This document shows, in pieces, positions 25,301 through 31,569 of a stretch of DNA of 64,000 nt. The notes beneath the pieces are model-generated. The model was not told the origin of the DNA. It did no database searches and was given only the letters and a program-made list of their open reading frames with translations. Origin of the DNA: a virus; the IMG/VR virus record IMGVR_UViG_3300020455_000616; one strand, written 5' to 3'. A program made the position numbers and the translations under genes. Within the stretch, counting starts at the first letter, position 1, and every line of letters starts with the position of its first letter.

Positions 25301-27051
25301 GTAAAGAATGGATTTGATCCAATTATTAACTGATCTCCATTAAACTGTCCACTAAACAACATTGATAGTGGTTTTGGATCTATTGGGGTATTAAAGTAAT
25401 CAGGTAATGAAGGTGATACAGCATATGTGTTATCATCATCGTCAATATACATGTTCTGCATATTTGCAGACATATTTGCCAATTCAGGAAGATTGACAGC
25501 AGCAACTTTTGATATCCCTCGTCTAATAATATATTTTACATTTACAATAGGAATATTAGCAGGTAAGTTAACATCAAAACTCTTATCATCCGCAACACCA
25601 AGAACACTAACATCATAAACAGTGCCATCATTAGCAGTTAGTGTACCAATGTCACCTAAAGTGAATACATGAGAATCAAATGTCTCTACTCTATATTGAG
25701 CAGCACCATTAATGTTATTTGTTAGTTTTACTAATCCAGCAACATCATATTCTGGTGTAATATTTAAAATCCAACTCTTAAGAATTTGATCTTCAGAATC
25801 ATGACCAAGAGAGACTATTTCTACTTGATCTCCTTCTTGATAATAGTTAGATCCTTGTCTGTCAAAGGTTAATTGACCAAGAACACCACTTATTTTAACT
25901 CTTATCTCTTCACCAGCAGAATTAATAGTATATGCAAAATCTGGTGTCTCAACAGTCGTATCAACAGGGATACTAATTGGAGAACTTAAACCAAAGAATT
26001 GAGTAGATGACTTAGATGTGTATGAAATCTCATAAGTAACTCCATCTACAACTACACTTAAAATGCCAGAATCAGGGAAACTAATAGTAGAATCAACATC
26101 TATCCAAACCTGATTTAAACCTACTGCTGCAGTAATTTTAGTTTTAGGATGTACTGAAAATTTAAACTGCTCAAGATCAGGGTTATAGTCTAAACTTAAT
26201 CTGAAATATGATACTCCATCTTTAATTATCTCTTCTACTGAAGTAATAGAACCAGTTGCTTTTACAAGATTAGGTGTCTCATCTTGGAAAAGAGTTCTAT
26301 TTACTAAGTCATTTGGATCACCTTGTAATTGCTTAACAACTAAATCTCTAACAATTCTATAATCCGCATCTGATGCTTGCAGTAAAAAGTCCCTTGGTTT
26401 AACAATTGATACATCAACACCAAAAATTACCTTAAAAAGTATGTCAAAGGATGATGTAGAACCTTTAGAAGAATAGAAATCTTTTAATCTAGATACAATA
26501 TTCTTTTCATTTACTGCATCAAAGAATTTAACCTCTTCAAAACCAGGTGTATATTGCTTCTTAAACTTCTTATAAAACTCAAATAGGAATAATGCATGTA
26601 AATTATAAACAACCGTGTCAGAGGCGTGTGTAGACACCCCTGTTTGACTAAAAATAAGACTGTCGTCTTCTTGTCCCTTATAAGAGGTTATTCCACTAAA
26701 TCCTCTTGAGCAATTAACAAAGGAGACAGGAGTTTTTGATTCATAACTGATAATCTCACTATCAATTTGAATTAAACCGTTATTATCAGGAAAACCTTGT
26801 GTATTATCTACTTCTATTGTATCAGAGAACAAATCACTACTAGATGTAGTATTTGTTGTATAGACTAATTCAGATAAATTCTCTAACCTTACATATTGAT
26901 CAATATTATTAAGTATATCAGTAGGACCAGCAGGAGACTCCAATGATCCATAGTAAGACCTAAGAAACCCCTGAAATTCAGGAAAATTATCTTTTACAAA
27001 ATTGGGAAGATGATCCTGTACTAAATGACGGACCTTTACTCTATTATGCAT
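10357..27051 (-). CDS. gp7: Giant baseplate wedge initiator gp7-like protein (5564 aa)
   Basis: N-terminus ...LPNFVKDNFPEFQGFLRSYY...KDFYSSKGSTSSFDILFKVIFG; MHDNDYYQYFSYAV..HTTGYKKFG motif; lies between gp6 and gp8. Confidence 0.85.
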   Translation of the reverse strand: MHNRVKVRHLVQDHLPNFVKDNFPEFQGFLRSYYGSLESPAGPTDILNNIDQYVRLENLSELVYTTNTTSSSDLFSDTIEVDNTQGFPDNNGLIQIDSEIISYESKTPVSFVNCSRGFSGITSYKGQEDDSLIFSQTGVSTHASDTVVYNLHALFLFEFYKKFKKQYTPGFEEVKFFDAVNEKNIVSRLKDFYSSKGSTSSFDILFKVIFGVDVSIVKPRDFLLQASDADYRIVRDLVVKQLQGDPNDLVNRTLFQDETPNLVKATGSITSVEEIIKDGVSYFRLSLDYNPDLEQFKFSVHPKTKITAAVGLNQVWIDVDSTISFPDSGILSVVVDGVTYEISYTSKSSTQFFGLSSPISIPVDTTVETPDFAYTINSAGEEIRVKISGVLGQLTFDRQGSNYYQEGDQVEIVSLGHDSEDQILKSWILNITPEYDVAGLVKLTNNINGAAQYRVETFDSHVFTLGDIGTLTANDGTVYDVSVLGVADDKSFDVNLPANIPIVNVKYIIRRGISKVAAVNLPELANMSANMQNMYIDDDDNTYAVSPSLPDYFNTPIDPKPLSMLFSGQFNGDQLIIGSNPFFTGDPVWYSANNNIPLNIPEGQYFIKKVNASTISLATSKSNIRNGIFISVFGTVTNNKLELLDFRGKSLKRQDLVRKFSKPKLGGVQVDTTPGQTGMFVNGVELTNYKSSDLVYYGQIDEVQVTSSGDSNYDVINPPALHIEDGIGAGTTNVGTGATGVCNINGSLKRIDVIETGFDYITTPKVTITGGQGTGAEAQCNVSNLTHKINFNAGAEYIDVDLATNVIGFATYHKLRPQEKVIYKSEDQAVLGGLSNQAIYFASLVDEKSIKLHTNIDDAIIGINTVGITTYGSGLQTIEAFEKKKVISSIEVVNAGYDYRNKTLYFQPSKVDIFDNKLNIQDHSLKDRELVQFINEGGSFPVGVASTTQFLVNVIDKDNIRLAERRIVSTGDSLGDDYYYVNNRFVDFPDTGTGIHKLVYTPIEVKIEGPIGVGTFAGQDFRAKINPVFTGDIESISLSSHGENYGDAEILNYNRQPVISLINGENAQVSPLVSSEGKIIDIIINNSGSGYNSPPVIEITGDGNGAILNPIIVDGKLVDVKIINSGFGYKNTNTNLFVISTGSGAKFNAQIKSWTINLVQKLMLTGEIPQDDGVLALSLDSSKEIEYTHAFAPRELRRKVLSTSIDIDGSVIFRADILNETNTDKYHSPIIGWAFDGFPIYGPYGYADREGGAVKRIETSYELRVDVSGIRPPSYGSGMFIEDYKFVGKGDLDEFNGRFCKTPEFPNGTYAYFLTVDASAEVAGPFAGYLKPVFPYAIGPQFKGLPQTYNFSQFATLSFTNLNDGNYIRYTSQYGIRGKNSRYKGFLQPNVFSEGFTEVVSASSGAVDSLNIIAPGDKYNISDNIFFNDEGTQGGGAYARIGQILGPEVTNITYTTKKFNHIQFTPTLGKGRFVGFGTVSHEFNAGDIIDLQNLNLLSTELSKNYTVGVSTNQLVLRNNVGTAQSTGITTYFSVDGDLTFPTTVVNDFYIINSEIVKILNIDSSSKRIRVQRDITGVSTFASHLSGDILSEDPRRFTINTGFQTTTQYKIDRTLYFEPEEVAGVISENLVVYSDPVSPSLTGGTWTKATAGNGIGTVTFYHSKTPDGNISAAKVGIATTTSATDTIVIQNGTFTLSGNVHTVSAFLKGDQGGEEVWMILQDTGVNVYYHQKVTLTRDWKRFKFTVATNANPHRMKFGADGVAVGSGTTIRATLNSRPIFYVAGLQVEQSEFMTPYIATYDTQVLASAKKVGKTYLQNPGAGIDKISPIKDSFYIPGHGLKTGEKIIYNVGAGSSGPNVSASGTSYYLTDNTTLYAAVHDENFIGISTNQIGIGTTGNFVGLGTTASMGLLTIDTPGTGRLHSFKTAYDNIITGDILKKTATVSTGASHYLSEGDFVDLTVTSGIQTTVVVKYDDGNRRLLIDPRGFLEADVDTDNNRFTIVDHGWTTGTKVLHNSSSPTGGINNSQIYYVIVIDQNTIKLSNNYYKQITSNEGVQIVGISSASFGTFSPINPEIKAYRNNTVVFDLSDSSLSNSGLSAFDFNVFRDSAFTDLYFTSEANAGISTIVLDFHVKKNGTIGQQNANLTLIIDKSTPNNLYYNLQPIKSSGAAASKTEMLSDTFQITNPNRLSIVSSKYDAKTTVSGLTTNTFNYTLFDTPERPSYSTGEAAIIYQTTSATATGPVGTIALDSGGAGYKSLPYVSKVVSAAGTGALFLPRSRSIGKLNEVVLTDIGFDYPADNTLRPAASLPATYKIEPLSKFERVKVKDPGVNYFLTPDIVVVDGFTGRVNTEAFLRYDVGDTEVEIVRNTTGLYNVTPVLMPTNNPNGTRIDSITFDSSTLDVTVAFAVTFSSIDAYPYKVGNRILVENTNTLNSVGRGYNSAAYAYKLFTLTEADANVGGDFPTIKYSLSGLLNPGEQPGEFDSFESFGTITPESYFPTFEVFLEKDSFAKGEFITNQLDNSGVVQDYDNRNEFLKVRSADQFNKGDVIIGQSTQNQGLISSVDGIKGTYSISSNSITKKGFLKDTGKLNRFFQRMHDNDYYQYFSYAVRSSISFEKWNAYVSNLNHTTGYKKFGELLADSYDPSIVGMGTAQDLNAFIAVSDLTSVVDLNMIKDFDTAREKAITVNNKLVSNEILFGLPFLAKYQEFIGNRVLPIDDFSAEFDGVKRDFGLFCAGDPIFEQSFDGSDDTVVDTNEQSINLVNHYFVSGEEIEYIPPGNDFANAIVIDSTDFGPGIGTTTKLPGSFHVIKLDNQKVQVAVSATDSLRFNPVFVGIASVGIGTTHIFRGKDPNNRLLLTVNGTIQSPVVATGNTFAVGSSSVGVGTTVFGISGISSIFSGDLVKVNDETMLVAGVDKTNNLLTVRRAWMGSTAATHAGLSTITKLVGNFSIVENDIHFSEAAWGNQPIGFGTTATDSNEIDYTGLTTSSRFSGRVFLRSAINEAFTTSFVKAYDNNFVFDDLSSKFNGITTSFILKYKGNDIDTITAGNAIVLINDIFQGPQRLGNEITTIQGDYKIEQHNSNTQTLLGFNGTISDYDSNKDINVNDVPRGGIIVSVGSTDGYGFQPLVAAGGTAVVSSAGTITAVAIGLTGSGYRSGLQTVGVAIQTRSVGIASYTYVGNATITGGHVTDVVVDRVARFYKPRNIINVGYSSITGITTIQTTQKHGLDLGDEITVVGAAFTCDYYAPIDLTNAVYNNTTGIMTVSVASTSVPISDFIYTNTTGIATITTTLPHNIVKQTAVGRTFALSGIALTCVGYGQTFAVHSAQYDQTTGIATIFTVGNHGLTATEDVKLRQLNFTCPLGGAEGYGQQFGINGFTYDNLTGLCTVTTATSIAGVIGVGSEVRLDNIGLNCAFGNSIYPDGTQGYTFTALTVPTSNQFTFNAGVSTLPHTYVSGGTVNAGITTSVFPDGSQGYSFKTIGVAATSFTTNVGVSSIRHTWNNGGVVQVGITTSIFPGNAQNSPTGDTFACIDAPNMYTLTFQAGISTIPHSYVSGGEVILGHKLKVGTDIALTGLGMTCGMSTEVHTYPRNRDTITDTSVAIIADGTDHTVSNAAYNPTTGIMTLTINNHGFHVGDKVKLAEKSLTFTCAKNNHASTHSYPRKNDPIYGQWVGIANTTVNTLKIQVLETIPSTNVDAHTFVSASNNGLTHNNGTITLDVGPSGPKHQFTHTFDGADTFTPTGVAYNPTTGVMTLTIANHPFRDGDYVGIAQSAITFTCVQDGHGSNHAYPRATDPINNKWIAATNITTDTFDVQVLDTIPSTNVGVHTFVSATTGGISRSVLRTGGVYNHLFVSAETDSISVGGTNTKYTPTNVSYAATDGSLVLTIPNHNLSGAATTTATGAAYDGNTGILTCTVSGGHNITNGQWIKFADESLTFKCGLDSFNSEHKYPRAADPAGTNWLQANVTSITTFEVQVLESIPSTNTSVHAFFAAAANGIKIAQNTIGIATESIKLSCDMDKHGSEHVYPRRTDPIYRKTIGVASTTSDTITVDVGISTIIPYGVSTATYDPATGNLVLGIGTHHLSKGTSVKVATGSLVFTCSQDSNVTKHRYPRAGDPIYAGTKVSRINSNTEFEINVGVANVPTYYKSGGYLEEIILAPRAVNNSPSTQDVAFDGTAVTNILNEYTFECDSGISPYAHFYKRAGEVTQDIKVRVDSPLGYEDIPLIYSEDNIITGLGTGATVDIEVSNVSGVSNFEINKFGYAYGSDDILTVAIGGTVGIPTFATKTSNAVKPVVYGGRYPHTFVGAANSAVISGGAYAHTFVSALTNGVSVTGVGNFTPTDATYDASTGDMVLTIAGHPYTTSQTVGLSTGAITFKCLMDGDATNHAYPRPGDPVLGYGVTAITAKDTNTITINVGASTTVGYSVNNATYDPVTGEMVLTIPDHGLKGSEDYTVTHALYNAGTGGMSLTLAGITTLNAITVGDRVRFVDNSVNFTCTLDPNASAKSYPRATDPSSNKWLPVVGVTTDNIDVMVGASVTVYYTPVGAEYNSSTGYMTLAIGEHDLNIGEPILIADNSINFQCSQDNYATAHQYPRPGTDPISGIGTPITGVGDTSITLFVGIGTDSDHRFIAGLSSATNAVRSGGNYPHTFVSASANGLQKAGESIRLSENGLTFKCEMDDYSSEHSYPRSTKNETRFVRSAAGSVVPNVGTALTPTAAYYDGNTGNLVLTFPEHNLTAGSNTVGIITGGITFTCDLDDYRTEHPYPRTTDPAHNATIGIAATTLTTITIDVGKSGITTSDPYYNSAVSVGATTANTISLNIGKAPAEKRFKVMDADYDGFTGEMILTVGQHSLKTGDRIRLANESLIFTCSSDNYGSKNAYPRKTDPIYGGVGIASTTPTTIRMNVGMAPIGKRYVHQFVGVGSYSEFQLTVDETYASKFSGWNVGDFLVLDDITPFFNGTRRLFPLSVNGDRISFFARANAGINLQSNLLVFVNDILQTPGEGYTFTGGSTLRFSEAPKGGVTGFTTTGDKCKVLMYTGTQSIDVREVDVLPTLKVGDDVQLYSDTDVTFNQDERLVMDVKSADSVTTNNYAGQGVTPNELLTRPISWSKQDVDKIIDTNEVGKDRVYYEPVINPQTNILETIGVNSSSVFVYSLRSLFDDPKEAMLAADREKVELITQENIEYATATTTISNGAVSAITVTNPGFGYTAAPIVTVQKPFDVVGVATAATATATIGAGGTVTGISVGMGGTGYIFGPLTSLSIAQNGIGFPFLDASTNVMLGAKLNSVTGSGRGASINIDISTLNYEVSAISIVEGGTGYQPGDTLSVDVYDNVGLGTTNRRWALTTPIKFTVGAISGPEVMIAPPTRKVEDVPKSTVEGDYGIIVGIGTTTIVGVASTGITFDFYIPQDSKLKSGFSLVQSGIQTGYLFNVTGTGVNGPLTTLRADNSVLGIGTTCMDATFEVAHYSHNTRFIPPEISGTSVGIATTVTTVVAKIANFTNVVGYGTTASYGDYTWGKVNLTIRLGTKQIFEAVHGTSQSGIGSNPVIRRKNPLRYKGYIIS
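12300..17450 (-). repeat. Array of ~100-110-aa internal repeats in gp7
   Basis: 12 copies of a YPR(xxDP) motif within units like AxYxPxTGxMxLTIxxH...LTFTC..D...HxYPRxxDP...HTFVSA, plus divergent units upstream. Confidence 0.9.
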
Positions 27052-27055
27052 ATCT

Positions 27056-28963
27056 TTATAGTCTTACGTAATCCCCGTTTAGGTAGCTAGACGATACTAT
27101 ATATCCCGATCCTGAGAGTTCTGCTCCAGAAGCAATTGAATCGGAAACCATTGTTAATGAAGAAGATTCAGAACTTAATTGTAAGTATAAATCTTGTTTT
27201 CCAATGATGTCATTGGACTTTGGTATGGCAGAGAATTCGATAATCTCATCACCAGATGCTTTTTTAGCAGTAGATATAATGTTAACTGCGTTAATTAGTA
27301 CCTCACCCTTTACATAATCAATAGTACCAACATTTTTTCGTACAACTACAGGTTGCTGTTTAGCATCAAGTCTAATCATAACCATAGTTCCTGTTAAGAA
27401 TCCTGCATCAGGTACATCAGTGAAGTAAACAGTTCCCGTTACACCACTAATACCAACACCAGAAGTCTTAATATTGTATCCTGAAGTATTCTTAATATGG
27501 AATTCATTACCAAAACATACTTCATATTCTGCAAATTGATTCATTAAGACCCTAAGATCTCTTCTAATTTGCACATTTGTAATGTTTGAAGTGATAGCAC
27601 TACCAGAATCATCAATCAGTTTAAGGAATTTACTGTATTTAAATCTTGAACCATACTTATTTAAATCTGTAGACTTACTATACTTCTCAATATTAGAAGC
27701 AATTGTCTTTTTAAGTGTTGCTGCGTCACCAGTATTAGCATTATAATAGACAGCAGACTCATATTCAATGTAAAGGTACTTCAAATCAATGAATTCAGGG
27801 ATAATTCCTGCAACTGCATACTTCTTCAGAGCAATTTTTAGGTTATCTTTGATGTTATTTGGTAAATATGTACCATTTTTAGGTTTAACTGTGATATAAA
27901 CCTTACCAAATTGAGGTGGAGTTAACTCTTCACCACCAAAAACAGATACAGACTCGGTTTCTGGGAAGATCTGAGGTAAAATAGTCTCATAATCAGTAGC
28001 AGTTACTGCTCTATTCTGGGAAGCATAGACTCTAGGAGCAAACTTCTTGATAGAAGAGATAGTTTCAATGGCAGTACCACCACCTGATGCCTCATCAACC
28101 GTTATAATTGGAGAAGATACCTTAACACTGTTGCCATTATTGTCAAATAATCGCCCTACAAAGGTAAAATCAGATACTCCATTAGCATCTTGTGCTGCTG
28201 TAGTGATATAAGAAGCAATAATATAGTTACCATCCTGTAATTTACGTCCAAAAACACCATCACCAAAGAATAATTCATATTTTTGGTCTTGAATTTCATT
28301 CAAAAAGAAAACATCTTGAGTTGCATCAACTTCAGTGATGTTATTGACGTACTTATACTTCCTACTAATGGAACTTGTCTTCGATTCTCTTACGTCTATT
28401 CTCAATAAGGTAGTATCTATAGCGTTGTTATTGAGAATGAACCTCTGATCCTTGTTTAAACTGTCATAGGTGAAGGATTCTGTAAGGTATATCCCTTCAT
28501 AAACATCAATTCCTGAAAAAGTAGCAATTCCACCCGATACAGGGATTGTTATATCCTCTGGGATGGAGAAAGTAAAGGATTGAGTACCAAAATTTGATGA
28601 ACTAGTACATACAATACCCTTCCTAAGAGTCAATGTAATAGGATTAGTCCCTAATGTTGCTGTAGAGACGAAAAATGATATCTTTGCCTTCGCTGATATG
28701 GGTGATCTCGGTATATAACCAACATTTCTTGCTAATGATACGACATTTTCCCTTAAAGTCGCAGCATCAATGAACACCTCATTCGCTAACATGTTAGCAT
28801 TATAAGAGGAGATGTATGTATTGTATGCTAAGGTGTCTAAAAGGATAGAAAAGTTTGATCCATCAAAGTCAAAGTCTGTAAAGTCACTATTTGTACGTAG
28901 ATAACTCTTAATTTGACTTTTTATTTGGTCAAAATCTAAATTTGAAAAATTTACTAACGCCAT
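27056..28963 (-). CDS. gp6: Baseplate wedge subunit gp6
   Basis: LDFDQIKSQIKSYL...FTDFDFDGSNFSILLDTLAYNTY, YELFFGDGVFG, QNRAVTATDYE. Confidence 0.95.
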   Translation of the reverse strand: MALVNFSNLDFDQIKSQIKSYLRTNSDFTDFDFDGSNFSILLDTLAYNTYISSYNANMLANEVFIDAATLRENVVSLARNVGYIPRSPISAKAKISFFVSTATLGTNPITLTLRKGIVCTSSSNFGTQSFTFSIPEDITIPVSGGIATFSGIDVYEGIYLTESFTYDSLNKDQRFILNNNAIDTTLLRIDVRESKTSSISRKYKYVNNITEVDATQDVFFLNEIQDQKYELFFGDGVFGRKLQDGNYIIASYITTAAQDANGVSDFTFVGRLFDNNGNSVKVSSPIITVDEASGGGTAIETISSIKKFAPRVYASQNRAVTATDYETILPQIFPETESVSVFGGEELTPPQFGKVYITVKPKNGTYLPNNIKDNLKIALKKYAVAGIIPEFIDLKYLYIEYESAVYYNANTGDAATLKKTIASNIEKYSKSTDLNKYGSRFKYSKFLKLIDDSGSAITSNITNVQIRRDLRVLMNQFAEYEVCFGNEFHIKNTSGYNIKTSGVGISGVTGTVYFTDVPDAGFLTGTMVMIRLDAKQQPVVVRKNVGTIDYVKGEVLINAVNIISTAKKASGDEIIEFSAIPKSNDIIGKQDLYLQLSSESSSLTMVSDSIASGAELSGSGYIVSSSYLNGDYVRL

Positions 28964-28966
28964 TAT

Positions 28967-29368
28967 TTACCTAGTAGGAAGCAACACGAATTCTAACTGT
29001 TGCGGTTGTGCATCAATTCCAACTATTAGATAGATTACAGTTACATTCATTGCATTACCCCTAAAATCGGGTTCTACAGAGACTGTATCTACTTCTACTC
29101 GTGGTTCATAATTTTCTATTACAGTTTCAATCTCTCTTCTCAAGTTATCTGCTGTAAAGGTGTCAATTGTCTCAAAAAGGAGTCTGTTAACCGCACAACC
29201 AAGATCAGGATCAAATATTTTTTCCCCCTGTATAGTCAATACAAGGTTTTGAACGGAACGTGCAATAGCAGACTCATTCTTAAGTACCAAAAGGTCTTTA
29301 GTAATGGGATTCCTTTTTAAAGACAAACTAATATCTTTAAATCCAATGCTGGACCGCTCTAGAGGCAT
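28967..29368 (-). CDS. gp25: Baseplate wedge subunit gp25
   Basis: FKDISLS...NPITKDL...NESAIARSVQNLVLT..GEKIFDPDLG...IENYEPRV. Confidence 0.95.
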   Translation of the reverse strand: MPLERSSIGFKDISLSLKRNPITKDLLVLKNESAIARSVQNLVLTIQGEKIFDPDLGCAVNRLLFETIDTFTADNLRREIETVIENYEPRVEVDTVSVEPDFRGNAMNVTVIYLIVGIDAQPQQLEFVLLPTR

Positions 29369-29370
29369 GA

Positions 29371-29377
29371 TATTTAT
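29371..29377 (-). promoter_or_regulatory. Late promoter-like ATAAATA immediately upstream of gp25
   Basis: Plus-strand tatttat at 29371; a second tatttag at about 29392. Confidence 0.45.
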
Positions 29378-29390
29378 TAGTTATTAATTA

Positions 29391-29558
29391 TTATTTAGCG
29401 ACTTCCCAATCAGTTCCTACTTCGGTAGGATCATATAGTTCTTCTTTGTGTAAGTTTCGATTGCGTTTAGCAGTCTTATCCAAATACTTGTCTGAATCTG
29501 TTTCAGTTAAGAGACCGCTATCTTTAGCAGTATAATCAGGGTTTACCCAAATATCCAT
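29391..29558 (-). CDS. Small hypothetical protein (55 aa; not in ORF track)
   Basis: MDIWVNPDYTAKDSGLLTETDSDKYLDKTAKRNRNLHKEELYDPTEVGTDWEVAK; lies downstream of a late promoter. Confidence 0.7.
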   Translation of the reverse strand: MDIWVNPDYTAKDSGLLTETDSDKYLDKTAKRNRNLHKEELYDPTEVGTDWEVAK

Positions 29559-29583
29559 GAGTTCGAGGGGGTTGGTCGTACTA

Positions 29584-29591
29584 TATTTATA
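29584..29591 (-). promoter_or_regulatory. T4 late promoter TATAAATA
   Basis: Exact consensus (plus-strand tatttata) right after a terminator, at the head of the baseplate operon. Confidence 0.8.
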
Positions 29592-29595
29592 CGGT

Positions 29596-29623
29596 AATAA
29601 AAAAGCATCCGTGGAGGATGCTT
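29596..29623 (-). terminator. Rho-independent terminator
   Basis: 8-bp stem aagcatcc/ggatgctt, 5-nt loop, U-tract on the minus strand. Confidence 0.85.
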
Positions 29624-29662
29624 AAAGAAAACGAGCGATTGCGGCGGTTATGTCTTTTAAAT

Positions 29663-29815
29663 TTATTTGCCTTGTCCTTTATATCTCTTCTTGGCACTAT
29701 TTCGAGACGTTGCGGCATATTTTGTATGCTTACCTCTTCCTTGACGAGACTTTTTCGGGGTAGTCTCTACAAATTGGAATGATCCGAATTGTCCTGATTT
29801 AGTCTTGACTGGCAT
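29663..29815 (-). CDS. Small, highly basic protein (50 aa; not in ORF track)
   Basis: MPVKTKSGQFGSFQFVETTPKKSRQGRGKHTKYAATSRNSAKKRYKGQGK. Confidence 0.8.
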   Translation of the reverse strand: MPVKTKSGQFGSFQFVETTPKKSRQGRGKHTKYAATSRNSAKKRYKGQGK

Positions 29816-29817
29816 TA

Positions 29818-29988
29818 CTATCTCCGTTGTGGTTGTACATCAATTTTTTCTGGGTCTATATTGTTTACTGTGTCCGAGAAAAAGCGGTCTGCTAAGTCTT
29901 GTAGAACCTCGCCCAACTCATCTTCAGTGAGGCACTGATAAAGTACCTCGTTGTCATAGTATAGATTATATAAGGTTCCGTTGTTCAT
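29818..29988 (-). CDS. Hypothetical protein (56 aa from the MNNGTLY start)
   Basis: Start abuts the upstream stop; acidic small ORF. Confidence 0.65.
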   Translation of the reverse strand: MNNGTLYNLYYDNEVLYQCLTEDELGEVLQDLADRFFSDTVNNIDPEKIDVQPQRR

Positions 29989-30776
29989 TAGATGACCCTT
30001 GTCTTCTCGTGACCGACTCTGATACGAGGATCGCACCAAGTCTCAACGTCTGCTTCTTTGGCATCTAGACAGAATGAGACATCTTCGCCACACATGTCTT
30101 GTACTTTACCAGACTCAAAGACTTGCATCTTAGGAGCAAACCAAGGATATTCGAGACGTTCAAAGACACCCTTACGTATAAGAACCCAACCAAATCCTGT
30201 GTAATCGACAGTGAATGGTTTGCGACGTTTGCCCATAGACTCTACAGTCTCATGATTCATAACTCCACCGTTCTTACGGAAGTCATCTTCATCTAACCAG
30301 TGAGCAACTGAGGTAGTGTGTCCATCTTCAGTGGCATACCATCCAGCAGTAATCTCCTTCTCTGGTTGAGGAACTCCGTCTTTGTCTGGACCAGGTACTG
30401 CAAGATCACATAATTGCCAGAACTTCTCTGTGCTGAATACAATGTCACTATCAATCCATAACTGATAGTCATACTTAAGTTTACCATCCCAAGGTATCTG
30501 CTTAGGACCACGTAATACATTTGCTCCAAGACACTTGCAACGTGCAAAGTTAACCATAGAGGAGTAATCCTGTGATATCTGAATACTCATCTGGTTTTGT
30601 ACAAGGTCAAAGCATAACTGAACAAAACTCTTTAGGAACTGATAAGAACATCCTCTACCAGGTAAGCAAAATACTATTGCTTTACCTCGCATACGTTCTT
30701 TGATCTCATCATAGTTCCATTCCTCTGCTTTTTTCTTAGTAGGCGCAGCAGCCTTTACCGTAAAACCTTTTGCCAT
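29988..30776 (-). CDS. GT-A fold glycosyltransferase-like protein
   Basis: NFARCKCLG, YDYQLWIDSD (DxD), VDYTGFGWVLI, GEDVSFC..A...DPRIRVGH. Confidence 0.8.
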   Translation of the reverse strand: MAKGFTVKAAAPTKKKAEEWNYDEIKERMRGKAIVFCLPGRGCSYQFLKSFVQLCFDLVQNQMSIQISQDYSSMVNFARCKCLGANVLRGPKQIPWDGKLKYDYQLWIDSDIVFSTEKFWQLCDLAVPGPDKDGVPQPEKEITAGWYATEDGHTTSVAHWLDEDDFRKNGGVMNHETVESMGKRRKPFTVDYTGFGWVLIRKGVFERLEYPWFAPKMQVFESGKVQDMCGEDVSFCLDAKEADVETWCDPRIRVGHEKTRVI

Positions 30777-30799
30777 TGTGGATAATTACCTTCAAGTCA

Positions 30800-30828
30800 A
30801 TTTTAACTGTATAAGTCTTATTTGTCAA
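30800..30828 (-). promoter_or_regulatory. Sigma70-type promoter TTGACA-N17-TAAAAT
   Basis: tgtcaa 30823-28 and atttta 30800-05 on the plus strand; 17-nt spacer. Confidence 0.8.
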
Positions 30829-30998
30829 TAAGAACCTTCTATAAGTTCATCGTTTATCTCTTCCTCTAATTCCTCATAGTCTAACTTATCTGGATGATCT
30901 TTAATTTCTTTCTCCCAGTGTTTATGGAATGTCTCTTCAGACACACAGGGGGCAATGCATGTTTCTTCGTCGTAGATATGATAGATTTTGTCAGTCAT
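30825..30998 (-). CDS. Small acidic hypothetical protein (57 aa; not in ORF track)
   Basis: MTDKIYHIYDEETCIAPCVSEETFHKHWEKEIKDHPDKLDYEELEEEINDELIEGSY. Confidence 0.7.
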   Translation of the reverse strand: MTDKIYHIYDEETCIAPCVSEETFHKHWEKEIKDHPDKLDYEELEEEINDELIEGSY

Positions 30999-31019
30999 AA
31001 GATGGAGTTATAAGTTCTC

Positions 31020-31240
31020 AGAACACATAGTATATATCGACCCTTTTGGGAGGATTTTTTCCCTGAGAATTTTTTCATATACATTATAACACACACTCGA
31101 ATTGTCACCTCTGTAGGTTAGGGTCTCTATCCATTTTTATTTCGCACGGCCGCTTCGCTAATCGGCACACGCCCCTAAACCACTGTCAAATAAGACTACT
31201 GTCTGTAGGCATGTACTCACGAATGACTACTACGAATAGG
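31020..31240. other. Non-coding boundary between the early region and the structural operon
   Basis: No ORF; GC-rich patch cgcacggccgcttcgc...ggcacacgcccc flanked by T/A tracts; extended -10 TGTTATAAT at 31083-31091 (minus). Confidence 0.55.
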
Positions 31241-31243
31241 CAT

Positions 31244-31271
31244 AAAAAAAACCCCTCCCGTTAGGGAGAGG
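31244..31271 (-). terminator. Rho-independent terminator
   Basis: CCUCUCCC-UAAC-GGGAGGGG followed by U8. Confidence 0.8.
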
Positions 31272-31290
31272 CGGTTGCACTCTTCGTGCA

Positions 31291-31539
31291 TTATGCCATA
31301 ATCAGAGAAGCGAGTCTATCTCTTTTTCTGATTTGGCGAATTGACCAGAGATTACGCTTACCGTTTTTCTTAGTAGCGTGTAATACACCAGCGTCTTCAA
31401 GATCTACCATGAATCCATGAATAGTGCCTTTGTGACGTACTGGGTCTAATCCCATAGTGCGAACCAAATCGCTACAAGTTAGTTTGCCATGTTTGATTAA
31501 ACCTGATCTAATTTTGCAGCGAATGAGTGATGATAACAT
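31291..31539 (-). CDS. Putative winged-helix DNA-binding protein (82 aa)
   Basis: LTCSDLVRTMGL...IHGFMVDLEDAGVL..TKKNGKRNLWSI resembles HTH plus wing. Confidence 0.55.
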   Translation of the reverse strand: MLSSLIRCKIRSGLIKHGKLTCSDLVRTMGLDPVRHKGTIHGFMVDLEDAGVLHATKKNGKRNLWSIRQIRKRDRLASLIMA

Positions 31540-31569
31540 AAGGAGCGACCTTGTGATGTGTACCCTTTT

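Noticed and set aside
1027-27051. Inteins, introns or a diversity-generating retroelement in the giant structural genes
   Set aside because: Frames are continuous; no Hint or LAGLIDADG motifs, no reverse transcriptase, and no TR/VR pair with adenine-specific mismatches seen
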